DNA of 63,765 bases, the filler included, from Reclinomonas americana ATCC 50394 (Eukaryota), in the NCBI GenBank assembly GCA_048213135.1. It is 8 parts of 8 records of this genome, joined end to end, with 100 filler letters (N's around TTAATTAATTAA, not from the genome) between each part and the next. Parts side by side here need not be neighbours in the genome. Positions count along the whole stretch, not along the records: positions 1 to 2,058 come from AFZH01020919.1; positions 2,159 to 8,209 come from AFZH01020920.1; positions 8,310 to 11,100 come from AFZH01020921.1; positions 11,201 to 14,244 come from AFZH01020922.1; 4 more parts are not named here. One strand, given 5' to 3'. The notes beneath the pieces are model-generated. The model saw only the letters and a program-made list of their open reading frames with translations. It was not told the DNA's origin and ran no database searches. Positions 1 through 11,845 of this stretch are shown one piece after another. Every line of letters starts with the position of its first letter. Position 1 is the first letter of the stretch. Position numbers and translations under genes: made by a program.

Positions 1-72
1 CACCAATTGCAGAACCACCATTCCCATTGTTCCTTGCAGTATTCGACGTGAAGATGCAGGTGCTGATGGTCT

Positions 73-108
<36 letters not shown>

Positions 109-537
109 CGAAGAAGACGCACACAAAGTCAGAGTGACACGAAAACAAACAATCTCTCAACTCCTTCCAAGCGCTAGCGTGTGCCAACATACAACCGACA
201 ATAGGAAAGACAGAGAGAGAGAGAACACACCTGATTTGTAGAGCCACCGACGTCGATCAGCATGACACCACCACCATTCGTGTTACCGCTGCTATCCGCA
301 CTCGCACCGTATTCTGCAAGCAAAGAGCGCACATCGATCAGGTCAACTGTACGTACAATCAACCTCACACATACATTCACTCTCATACACACATCTTAGA
401 TAAACCGCAACATAAGAACAAGATGCACCACACGAACACACACCAAGTGTCGTTCATGCTACTCACCGTTCGAAGAACCACCATTTCCATTGTTGCTTGC
501 AGTATTCGATGTGAAGGTGCAGCTGCTGATGGTCTGC

Positions 538-620
<83 letters not shown>

Positions 621-1546
621 AAACACGAAGAAAACGCACACAAAGTCAGAGTGACACGAAAACAAGCAGCCTCTCGACTCTTCCAAGCTTGTGCAAACAT
701 ACAACCAACAATAGGAAAGAGAGAGAGAGAGAGAGAAAGAGAGCGAGAGAACACACCTGACTTGTAGAGGCACCGGCGTAGATCAACATGACACCACCAC
801 CATTAATGCTGCTCTTGCTATCCGCACTCGTCCCACCTACAAGCAAAAATCACAAATCAACCAGGTCAACCGTACGTGCAATCAACCTCACACACACATT
901 CACTCTCATACACATATCATAAACCGCAACATAAGAACAACATGCACCACACGCACACACATCGAGTGTAATTCATACCACTCACCATTCGCAGAGCCAC
1001 CATTCCCATTGTTGTTTGCAGTATTCGATGTGAAGGTGCAGTTGCTGATGGTCTGCAACAACAACCACAACAACAACAACAACAACAACGACGACAACAA
1101 CAACAACAGTAACAACACAAAGAAGACGCACACAAAGTGAATGTGACGTGAAAACAAACAATCTCTCAACTCTTTCCAAGCGTGTGCAAACATACAAACA
1201 ACAATAGGAAAGAGATAGAGAAAGAGAGAGAGAGAGAGAGAGAGAACACACCTGAGTTGTAGTACCGGCGTTGATCAGCATGACACCACCACCATTCCTG
1301 TAACCGCTGCTATCCGCACTCGTACCGGCTGCAAGCAAAGAGCACAAATCAACCAGGTCAATCATGCGTGTAATCAACCTCACACACACACATTCGCTCT
1401 CATACACACATCTAAAACCGGAACATAAGAACAACGTGCACCACACGCACACACACCGAGTGTCATTCATGCTACTCACTGTTCACAGAACCACCATTTC
1501 CATTGTTGCTTGCAGTATTCGATGTGAAGGTGCAGTTGATGATGGT
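1..1546. repeat. Tandem genomic repeat (~460-520 bp unit, ~3 copies) containing (CAA)n and (GA)n microsatellites
   Basis: Near-identical exon+intron blocks; the TIxxCxFTSN exon boundary recurs at 70, 533, 1052 and 1546; pure (CAA)n run at ~537-620. Confidence 0.95.
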
Positions 1547-1979
1547 CTGGGTGAACTATGAGAGTTTTCTATTAACAATTTTGCACCGATAACAACGAGG
1601 CATTCTCGTGACAACACACAGACCTGACTTGAAGAATTGATCAATAAGGCGCCGCCTCCAGCAACGAAGGCAGAACTTGACGAGTCGGAAGAAACGGCGT
1701 TCCCCGTGCCTCCGTTTGAGTTTTGATCAGCTTGGTTGAAAACGAAAGATGACCCACTGATCTGCCAAAGCCAAGCAACGTTTTTAGGCATCAAGCGACG
1801 CTCAACATGTCATCACAACCCACACTCACTGTCTGCGTGGCTATACCAGCTCCTGCATAGTACGACCAAATCGCCCCTCCACCGACTTGTGAGCCAACGG
1901 CATTTCCAGATTGCTGATTGTTGTTCCCACCATTGGCATTCGCCGACGCCGTGTTGTTGAGGAAAAGACTATTCGTGAT
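1..1979 (-). CDS. Partial multi-exon protein with Pmp/autotransporter-like right-handed beta-helix repeats (FxxN ... GGA(I/L)/GGV)
   Basis: Exon 1979-1830 = ITNSLFLNNTASANANGG...VGGGAIWSYY; exon 1761-1624 = ISGSSFVFNQAD...AGGGALLINSSSQ; then repeated exon pairs TIxxCTFTSNTAxNNGNGGSxN / xxxSADSxxxxNGGGVMLI...Q, all GT-AG and in frame. Open at both ends (window edge, gap). Confidence 0.75.
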
Positions 1980-2058
1980 CTGTAAGAGGGAAAGAGGGAA
2001 GGAGGATAAGGGGGAAGAGAGGGGGTAAATGTGCCAAGAGTGGGGGGAGGGAATGAGG

Positions 2059-2158
2059 NNNNNNNNNNNNNNNNNNNNNNNNNNNNNNNNNNNNNNNNNN
2101 NNTTAATTAATTAANNNNNNNNNNNNNNNNNNNNNNNNNNNNNNNNNNNNNNNNNNNN
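2059..2158. other. Assembly linker (44N-TTAATTAATTAA-44N); also at 8210-8309, 11101-11200, 14245-14344, 44186-44285, 51469-51568, 61072-61171
   Basis: Identical 100-nt spacer with stops in all six frames; most copies are flanked by microsatellite or low-complexity sequence. Confidence 0.99.
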
Positions 2159-2283
2159 CAGTTTGCAAGTAGTGGTGCACGTGGTAACACCGCACGTGAA
2201 ATGTGAAGCAGGTGAGAATAAAGCGACGGATACACTCAACAGTTTTAACTCATGCAATGGCGTCGTGCGCGGCGCGCAAGTCG

Positions 2284-5200
2284 TCATTGTCGACTGGTGC
2301 TGGCCATGAACGGAAGTGTTGCTCGGCACCGGTGGTGCTGGCATGCACAGTACTGCGTCAGACTGCACATATATGCACACAGACCGTCGTCACTGCCGCC
2401 GCTGATCACACCGAATTCGAATGTGCTGACTGAGCCACTCTGCAACGAACCCGCTGTCGTCACACTCGGGCTTGTAGTCGTGCCCGACACACCAGTCATA
2501 GCCTGACCAGAGATGGCAGTCGACGCGCCAGTGGCAGTCGTCCACGAGAACGCAATCGCCGTGCCAGTGTTGCTGGTCACCGCAAAGTTGGTCTGGTCGT
2601 TCGGCACCTGGCCCGTCAGCACGTTGTTGTTGAGGCCGTTGCCGATGATACCGTCACCGAAGGTGGCCTGAGTGGTCGACGTGCCAATGCCGTTGATGCC
2701 GCGCACATCGACAAAGTAGTTGGTGGCGTCGGTGAGGCCGCAGATCACAGCCTGCTGCACCGAGGTGGTGTTCTGCGTCAGCGTGCTGGCCGTAGCCGCG
2801 CGCCACGACACCTGCCACTGGGTCACGAAGCCCTGGCCGCCAGTCTCCTGTGGCTGTCCCCAGCTGAGCCAGATCGTGGTCGAACGCTTGAGCAGAAGGT
2901 TCGAAGACAGCGACAAGATGCCGCTCGGGCGCTGCGGCGACGTGGCCGTGGTGATGGTGATGGCCGTCGCAGACCAGGCAGCCTGGTAGCCGTCGTACGA
3001 CGCCACGCCAATGCGGTACTTGGTGTTGGAGTTGAGGCCATTCACCAGCAGCGACGAGGTAGTCGAACCGAGCGAGCCAATGATTGGTTCACGAACGAGT
3101 CCGGCACAAAAGTGGTCGAGGTGACGTTGGTCAGGTTCTGCACCAGCACTTGCACGCCGACAAAGTTCGCGAAGCCGTCCGAGGTGTTGAGCGAGTACTG
3201 CGTGCCCGACACAGTCGACGGGGTCGACAGCGTAAAGGTGGCGTAGCCGGAGCCAGTCGTGCCAGCCGAGCCGCCAGTGGTCAGAGCCGGCAGCGGGTAC
3301 GGGCGCACAATCGAGTTGGCAATCTGCGACAGAGTGCCCGACTGAGCACCATTCTGCGTCGAGGTCACGCCAGAGTCCGAGCGGGTGTTGGTGGCCTGCA
3401 CGGCGTAGGTGTACGACTTGCCCGGAATGGTCGGGAAGTTGAAGTTGGTGGTCGTGGTCGTCCACGTGTACGTGCGGTTGCAGTTGTTGGTGTTCTGCGT
3501 CACAACGTAGCCGTTGATCAAGGTGCCGCCAATGCCAATCGGCGACGCCCACGAGATGCTGGTGATGGTATCCTGGTAGCAGTTGCCAGAGAAGCCCACA
3601 CCGAGGGTACCAGCCACAGCAGCGCAGCCGGCGCTCGAGTTGGTGCCCTGCGAGTTCGCAATGCCAGCAGCGAGCGTCGGGGCGGCCGGGGCGATCGGTG
3701 CGTCATCTGTGGTAGGGGAGGGGAGCCGTGGTGGATGAGATACTGATAATAATAGAAACTTCACTGATCCATACACAACAATGAGCATCTACCAGTGATC
3801 GCCAACAAGTCTCTATTCAAAAAACAAGCAGATGGTTCCCTTCTCCCTCTCTCACTACCACTCCCCTCTCCTCTCCTCTTAATCTTTCCCTTTCCCTTCC
3901 CGCCTCCCTCCCCTCCTTTCCCCCCTCCACGCAACTGGTGTTGTGAGTGGTCTGAGTCAGCGGGCCAGCAGCCGTGGCCGAGTTGGTCGACGTGGCAGTG
4001 GCGTACACCTGGTACGTGTACGACGTGTTGGCCGTCAGCGTCGTGTCGGCAGTGTAAGCGGCAGTGGTCGCCCAGCCAGCCGGCAGGGTCACCGTGGCCA
4101 CAGACACCGGGGTCGCGCTGCCCTGGCCGCGGAAGATCGTGAACACCGTCACCGAGCTGGAGCCAAAGTTCTGCGGGATGACCCACTGCAGGAAGATGTT
4201 GTTGAGGCCGTACTGCGTCAGCGCCAAGTTGGTCGGCGGGCTCGGCACGACACCGGTGGCAGCCGGAGTGGTGAAGTTGATGGCAGTGCTGAACACGCAC
4301 GTCACCGGGTTGGCGGCAGTGCCAGCCGGGTTGAAGGGCGAGGTCGGGAAGGCGATCGAGAACTGGTTGCTGGCGCAGATCTGCAGGTTGACCGAGGTGC
4401 CAGCCGGCAGGCCGGTCACGTCAATGTAGTAGGTCGACAGGTTGTTGTTCCACGACGCCGCAGCGCCAGTGCCATTGGTGGCCGGGATAACGCTGGTGTC
4501 AATGTTGACGGCGGAGCCGGCAGTGGCAGCAGTCACCGACGAGGCGCTGGTGGTCGAGTACACCACACGGTAGGCGCTCACGTTCGGAGTCGGCGTCGTC
4601 ACGTTGCCCTGCGTGGCGCTCGAGGTGGCAGTGTTGGAGCCGCCGACGCTGATCGGGGTCGAGAAGTTGAGGCGCACGCCAGTCGAGAACAGGCGCGAGT
4701 ACGCCACACCAGTGGGCGCAGCCGGCACGGAGCCGTTGTTGTCGGCGGTGGCCTGGACGGAGCCGGCCGCCGAGGCAGTAGTGTTGTTGCTCACAGTGAC
4801 GCGGATCTTGGTCGTGTACTGCGTGGCAGCCACAAAGTTGTTGGTGGTGCCGCTCACAGTGAAGCCGGTAATCTGCTGGTAGAAGCCAGAGGTGTACGAG
4901 AACAGGCCGAAGAACGAGGTGGCGAGCGTGCCGTTGCCAGTCGCGCCAGTGGTGATGGCAGGCTGGTCAGTGCTGGCGTTGGTCACCGTGTAGGCGGCGG
5001 TCGGCGCAGCGGTGGTGTCGCCCGTGCCAAAGGTGGCCGGGTAGTTGAAGGCGACGACAATCGACGTCGAAGTGACCTGGTCCACAGAGCCAGTGTACGG
5101 AGCCACAGTGTAGGCAGTCGGTGCCGCCGGGGCGCTCATGGTACTCTGCAGTGTCACCGCCACGGCCGACGAGAAGGTCAGGTTGGCACCGTTGGTGCCA

Positions 5201-6040
5201 GGAGTGCCGTTGCCGTTGTTGTAGGCCACAGACACAGCGCAGCTAGTACCAGTCAGGCCAGTGACCTTGACGAGCACGCGGTTGCGCGACAGACCAGAGC
5301 TGCCGACCGGGATGCCAAAGTCGGTCAGGTCGCCAATGGTGGTGGCCACCGTCACCGCACCGGTGCCGCAGTCCGACTTGACGTACCACGACGGAGCACC
5401 GCCAATCACACCCACATTGGCCGCCACACCCTCCCACTCCACCCACGCCGAGGTCGATGTGACGCAGCGCAGGGTGGACGACAGCGTCGGCGCCGCAGTC
5501 GACACCTTGGTGGCATCAGTGCCGCTGGTGGTCAGAGAGCCACTCCAGGGCGCGGTTGAGCGGTTCACCTGCGACTCAGTCCACACGTTGATGGTGTAGC
5601 CCTGGCCAGTGGAGGCGTCAGCGGCGGCGAGCACACCGATCGTGTAGCCGCCAGACGACACGCTGGCGGCGGTCATAGTGGTGGGACCGGCGTCGCCAAT
5701 CACGAACGCGCGGTAGGTGGTGCCGGTGGCGGGGTTGGTGGTCTGCAGCACGGTGAGCGACGTGTTGATGTCCTGGAAGGTGCTGGCAGTGGCACCGGGG
5801 GTCTGCGACGAGAGACCGCCCTGGCCGATAAGGTCGGTCGGCAGCTGCAGCCAGATGGTGGCCTGGGTGCTGCCAATGTAGTAGATGGCGTTCGAGGCGG
5901 CGGTGGCGGCCGGGGCGCGGGCTGTTCAGGAGGAAAGAGGGAAACGATGATGAGTATCTCTGTGTGTGTCTGTGTGCGAGACACACACGCACACACTCAC
6001 ACATACCACAGCTGGAAAGAGAACGCCGCACCAAGGACAT
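2284..6040 (-). CDS. Thr/Ser/Ala-rich fibronectin type III repeat surface protein (~1150 aa), one apparent frameshift near 3086
   Basis: FN3 signatures (PSPPTNLALTQ...LQWVIP...LTANTSYTYQVYA; LPAGTSVNLQICASN; LTDATNYFVDVRGINGIG). ~2-kb exon 5921-3936, intron 3935-3707, next exon continues through a 1-nt frame change. Start (ATG 6040) and 3' end are uncertain. Confidence 0.75.
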
Positions 6041-6412
6041 GCCTGAGGAATGATGAAAGAGTGTCGACTTCGACCGCGGCCGCGAACTAGGGGTACGGCA
6101 GCACCCCAGAAGCCAATGTTGGGAAGCACCCCGTCCCCTTCTTTTTCTGGTCGACAGTACCCCGCACCCGGTGGGGAAAAAAGTACTGCACCCCGACACC
6201 CCAACCTCCGTCGGTGCCCCCCCTCTGTGGGGGACAATGAAGTCCCATAGATTTTGCAATGGCCAGGCGTTCGCTTTTTTACGTTTTCCGGAGCCTGCTA
6301 GCTGAAGCATTTGTTTGCGCGAGTGCGCGTGAGTCTGCCACTGCTGTGGAGGCACTCTCGACGTCGGGAATATGAAATTTCCGCATCTCCGAACCGTGCG
6401 TGATCAAAGTCA

Positions 6413-6488
6413 ATGGCAGCCGAGGCAGGTCTGTTCTCGCACATACACACACGCATCACCGTCCATTCCGCACGCTCGCTGTGCTGTT

Positions 6489-6519
<31 letters not shown>

Positions 6520-8101
6520 CTCAATGTCTATTTTTTGCGGCCAGGGCGATGGTGGAAGCGCGCGGGTAGCAAGGACCTGGGCGCGCCCGGTGCACGCGCA
6601 AGCATGGTGCTTCCGTCGGGGAGCGTGGTGATTCCGAGTGCAATGGCGGCGTCGCTGTCGGCGCTTCCGGCGGGTGCGCGCACCACAGTCACCTTTGCCA
6701 ATCCGCCACTGATGACGGCGCCGGCGGTCATGTCGTCGCCGAGTGTGGGCCTTGGAGGTGGTGAGAGGGTGGGTCAAGGCGGGGCGCAGGGACCGGCGCC
6801 GGATGATTTGACGACGCCGCTGTTGGCGGCGGGTGATCGGATGAGTGCGTCGTCGCCGCAGTCGCAGCAGCAGCAGCAGCAGCAGCAGGCGGGTGGGGTG
6901 AGGCATAATGCTGGTGTTTCGGCGGGGTTGTCGGCTTTGGCGCAGGGTGAGTGAGAGGGAGGAGGGGTTCGAGGGAGGATTGAGTGGAGTTCGGGATGTT
7001 GAGTGAGGATGTGGAGAACCTGAGAGCAGAGAGTGGCGATGGAGGAGAGATTGGAGTGTTGAGGCTGGCGTGTGAGGATGTGGAGAACGAGCGAGAACCG
7101 AAGAGTCAGAGAGCAGAGAGTGATGAAGGAGTGTGCTGAGGGAGAAGGATGTGGAGAGCGAGCGAGAGCTGAAGAGTCAGAGAGAGCAGTGAACAAGGAG
7201 AGGAGTTCGGAGTGTTCATGCTGGCATGTGCTGAGGGAGAAGGATATGGAGAGCGAGCGAGAGCTGAAGAGTCAGAGAGCGCAGTGGACAAGGAGAGGAG
7301 TTCGGAGTGTTGAGGCTGGCATGTGCTGAGGGAGAAGGATGTAGAGAGCGAGCGAGAGCTGTGGGTCTTCTGGGAGCGTCAAGTGTCGGGGCCAGAGCAA
7401 GAGGAAGAGAGGCACGATGTGGACAGGCTGTAGACGGCTCGTGAGTGGCGACTTCCTGTTGCAGCGGCATGATTAAGAACAGAGCCGAGGAGAAGAAGGA
7501 GGAGTGAGTGGTTTGGAAGCGCGAAGTGTGAGCAAGAAGATGGAGTGAGATACTCGAGAGGAACAGGCGTGGTTAAGAACAGCGGCGTGAAGAAGAATGA
7601 AAGGTATGTGGCTTGAGACAGATAGTGCGCACAACGAACACAAGGAGGTCCAAGGCATACTGCAGATTGAGAATGATGGGGTTCGAACCGTGCAGAGAAC
7701 GCGACGGAGGAGTGCTGAGAACTCTCAGCTGTCGTCCGTTCATCACTTCACTCATCCCTCTTCTTCCGCTTCACAGCCGCCACGCACATGTGTGAGCACG
7801 GCATTCGCATGGATGAGCTGAGGCCATCGCGCAACCGTCCGTTTTCGCTGATGGGCAACGACACTCCGGATGCGGAGGCGGCCTCGTGGAACAAGATCTT
7901 TCGAGTTGCGTGCTCGGTGGAGCCTCCTCGATCGAGATACGCACCCGGCCCTCACTCATCCATCCACCGTAGATGGGCCCCTTTTTGGCGCTCCTGCCAG
8001 ACGGTATGAGCGCGGTGGACCCCGATCGGCCCATGTACTTGACAGGGAATCCGCGACGGGCCTCGTTTGTGGACCAGACACTGGTTGAGCAGGTGTGTGG
8101 G

Positions 8102-8147
<46 letters not shown>

Positions 8148-11035
8148 GGAGGGAGGAGAGAGGAGGAGGAGAGAGAGAGAAGAGAGAGAGAGAGAGAGGA
8201 GGAGAGAGANNNNNNNNNNNNNNNNNNNNNNNNNNNNNNNNNNNNNNNNNNNNTTAATTAATTAANNNNNNNNNNNNNNNNNNNNNNNNNNNNNNNNNNN
8301 NNNNNNNNNTGAGGGAGAGAGAGGGAGCAGAGCGATGAGGGAGAGAGAGAGGGAGAAGAGCGAAGAGAGAGAGAGAGAGCTGAGCGAGTTGAGCGATGAT
8401 AGGGAGAGATTATCAGAATCTGTCCGCCGAGCTATGTCTCACAAACAGACTCACTAACTCAGCGAATCCCCCCTGGGTACAAAGCCATTCTCTCCGCCAA
8501 TCTCTCTCTCTCTCTCTGTGTGTGTCCCTCTCTCTCTCTCTCTATCATGCGTCTTATTGCTTGTGTCGGCCAACAGGCGGTGCGCGAGCCACAACCGGGT
8601 GAGAGTCTCATGTTCCGCATCACACAAGTACTGGAGGTGTACGAGAGCGTGACATGGTTTGGTGACTCCTCCAAACCCGACGCGGTGGATGGCTTGCCTC
8701 CCGTGGCACTCGTGTTGGTGGAAGTGACAGAGGAGTTCAAGCCGGCTAGCGGTGCGTCGTCTCTGCATTCTTTTGTTTGTGTGTGTGTGTGTGTGTGTGT
8801 GTGCATGAATTGAGTTCCTGTCCACCCGCAGCCCTGGTGCGTGAGCATTACAGCCAGCAAGTGGAGTTTATCTTGCGCGTTCTCGCCAAAGGTTTGCAGT
8901 GCGACATGTGCGAGTCTGAATCGTTCTCGGAGCTCACTCCTTGGTGCCCCCCGTGCAGGATCGCTGCGCATCGAGACATCTGGGCGCGATAGTTACGCGT
9001 TCCCTCCTGTCTCTCGTTTTTTCAGAGGAGTATCGTCGTCGCTGACTTGCGCTCATGAAAAGGTCTGCGCAAGCGCTTGTTGGCCGCCCTCGATGCCGCG
9101 CTGTCGGCGCACAGTGGAGGCGCGCGCTCCGTGTCACACTTTGAGTACTTGCGAAAGCTGATCAAGGTACGCGCTGGGTTGACAGGGCGCTCTTCTGAGA
9201 CGATGGCCTTGACTCTTTGCCGCAAACAGGTGTGCTTCCCGCTCGTCGCGCAACACCTGCTGATGGAGCCGCCAAACCAGCCCGTGCAAATGGTTCGTGT
9301 CGCTTGCTGACACTCTCAGTCGGCTCGTTCTTACCGATGCGCTTCTGCAGATTTACAAGTATAGTGTGCTGTGGATCTCCGGCCCCGATCACAACAACGA
9401 GACCTTTATCACGCTGCGGAGAACATTCTCGTCGTACGCGGCAGCCGTTGATTTTGTGCAGGAACGAAGGAGTGCCGATGCGGCCTTGGGAATGCGTGTG
9501 CTCTGGTTCGACTTGGTGGATCCGACGCCGGAGACGCTGCTGAGTCTGTGGGAGTTGTCGGCCATTGAGTGCCAGACACCGCTGCCGACGTATCCTGCCG
9601 ACCACTGGGGCTTCTCAGAGCGCAGCATCGAGACGGGCTTCCGTGCCTCCCTGCAGCGGTGAGTGCAGGGGAGAGGGAGGGATGAGAAGGAAGGGCGAGG
9701 AGTTGATAAGCCTCTCACCTCTGTGCCTTTCTCAAAGCGCACTCGCCGATGTTGTGCGTATTTAACTCACATGCATTTTGATATCCGCACACAGCTTGCC
9801 GGAAGACAATGTCGGCCCACTTGGTACGTGAGCCGTCGTTGCCACATGCACGCGTGGTGGTTCTCACTGAGGGGATGTGCGCACAGATCGACTCGATGTG
9901 TACTTGGTGGACCCAGAGGGCTCCGATTTTGCTGTGACCGTGCACAATTCGCCGTGCTCGGTGGTGGAGGACGTGGTCCGAGCTGCGCTGGAGGTGCGTG
10001 TGCGCGTAGTTCTCTTTCCATGTCTTGCTGTAAGATGCTGAATCGGTGCCGCAGAACGAGCGCGAAATCGACGACCCGTGCTGGGTGCTGCGCAAGATTG
10101 TGGAGCGATACGTGGAAGACGATAAGGAGCAGCTGCAGTTGCTGCGCGAGGAGGTCAGCCAGTTGCAAGATGTCGCTCTGGCGCTGCCGGCCGAAGACTA
10201 CGACACGAGTGTGCGACGAGTGGAGGATCGACTTGGTGCCCTGCGTCGCGTGTCGCGTGAATTCGAGTGTGTGGCCTCGGCGCGCTCGCACATTATTCTC
10301 GCGCTGCGAAACTGGCGCGATCGCGTTGCACACGGATCTTACAAGGTGCCGTTGCGCAATTTGTTCGTGTTGCTGCCGGTGGTGATGCATGCTCACGCGC
10401 CAGCCGTTGGTTGCAGGAATTGCTCGGGCTGGAGTTGTCGCTGCAGCAATCGCGCGTGTTGTACAAGTTGCGTGCTGCCACGATGAGTGAGGCAGTGCAG
10501 GATCGATGTTGTGGTCTCATGTGATCTGTGTGACGGCAGTCAATTGGAGGAGCTCATCAAGGAGACATTTTCATTATTCCAGTCAAAGCGTGATTACGCG
10601 GTGCGTGTATTATGCTGTGGTGTCTGATCTGGTGTGCTGTGGCTGACATGAACACACGCAGCTGAATCAACGGATGAACATTCTGAGTAAGTGGACAGTG
10701 GTGTTCCTGCCGCTGTCTCTCATCACCGGTATTTTCGGCATGAACATTCGGGTTCGTCTGTCGTGATGCTGCTGCTCTCTCGTCTGTCACCTGCATGCTG
10801 ACTTGACTGTGTAGCTGCCTCTCGAGGCGGATGCGACATTCATTCCGTTCTGGTGCATCATGACTTGGTTTGCCTTGTCGATTTTCTTCTCCTCGTGGCT
10901 GTTGCGTGCCGAGATCATCGTATTGGTGTGCCTGTCCTTTGAGTTGTTGCTCACTGTTTGTGTCGTCGTTTGCAGCCGTGTCGACAAAATCATCGGGCCC
11001 ATCTACTCGGTTCTGAAAGCCATTCGCAATCGACT
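6413..11035 (+). CDS. CorA/Alr1/Mrs2 (2-TM-GxN) Mg2+ transporter with long N-terminal extension; spans gap 8210-8309
   Basis: Spliced C-terminal part reads LNQRMNILSKWTVVFLPLSLITGIFGMNIR|LPLEADATFIPFWCIMTWFALSIFFSSWL (GMN motif between two TMs), preceded by helical stalk exons and VLWFDLVDPT. Joining of the 6413-8092 exons across the gap is inferred; the 3' end may continue past 11200. Confidence 0.8.
6985..7360. repeat. Purine-rich ~95-bp minisatellite inside CorA-gene intron 6947-7621
   Basis: gtgctgagggagaaggatRtRgagagcgagcgagagctg recurs at 7133, 7228 and 7323, with degenerate copies upstream. Confidence 0.9.
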
Positions 11036-11046
11036 GTTGCGTGTCG

Positions 11047-11082
<36 letters not shown>

Positions 11083-11235
11083 AGTATTCTGCGCTCTCCT
11101 NNNNNNNNNNNNNNNNNNNNNNNNNNNNNNNNNNNNNNNNNNNNTTAATTAATTAANNNNNNNNNNNNNNNNNNNNNNNNNNNNNNNNNNNNNNNNNNNN
11201 TCATCATGCAGCTGCTGCTGTTTGGATTAGTAAAG

Positions 11236-11278
<43 letters not shown>

Positions 11279-11845
11279 CGAACTGCGATCTTCACCGCAC
11301 AAGCGCGCACTGTAAAGCAATGGATGTGACGAATGCGTGATGCACAGCGTTTTCTGCGATCACGTACGGCACATCGAATTCGGGAAAAGGCCATTGCCAG
11401 GCAAACAAATCAAAGCCGGATCCGGATCCGTGAAGCAAGGAAAGCAGTGGAGGCGTCAGCGTTGGTGGAGAGGTTGAACACAGGAGATGCTTTCTGGTGC
11501 TCACTCAAGATGGCGATCATCATGCAGCTGTGTTGCTGTTTGGATTAGTAAAGTTGTTGTTGTTGTTGTGTTGTTGGCGAGGCTCATATCGGTGGTTACA
11601 TCATCAAAGTTCGAATACATCGCTTCATCTATCATCATGTTCATGCACTGCCTCATGCTTTCGCGTTGGCGACAATTTCTATCCAAGAAGTGCCGACGCT
11701 GCAAACCGCAGCGTACTTGCAACTGAGCCTTTCTCGTGCTCACTCAAGATGGTGATTATCATGCAGCTGTTGTTGTAGCGAGTGGTGTCGTTGTGATTGT
11801 TATTCTCACCATCTCGGGACGGCAAGTCACGTGCCATCGCCTTGC

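Noticed and set aside
383..773. Poly-Q, poly-C and poly-L ORFs
   Set aside because: Translations of an intronic (CAA/TTG)n microsatellite.
2103..2114. Recurrent palindromic TTAATTAATTAA
   Set aside because: Always centred in a fixed-length N run; artificial linker.
3943..5559. 538-aa + strand ORF and other long antisense ORFs
   Set aside because: Shadow frames of GC3-rich coding exons on the opposite strand.
11201..11777. CRISPR-like repeat/spacer layout
   Set aside because: Eukaryotic context, spacers ~200 bp, degenerate repeats, no cas genes.
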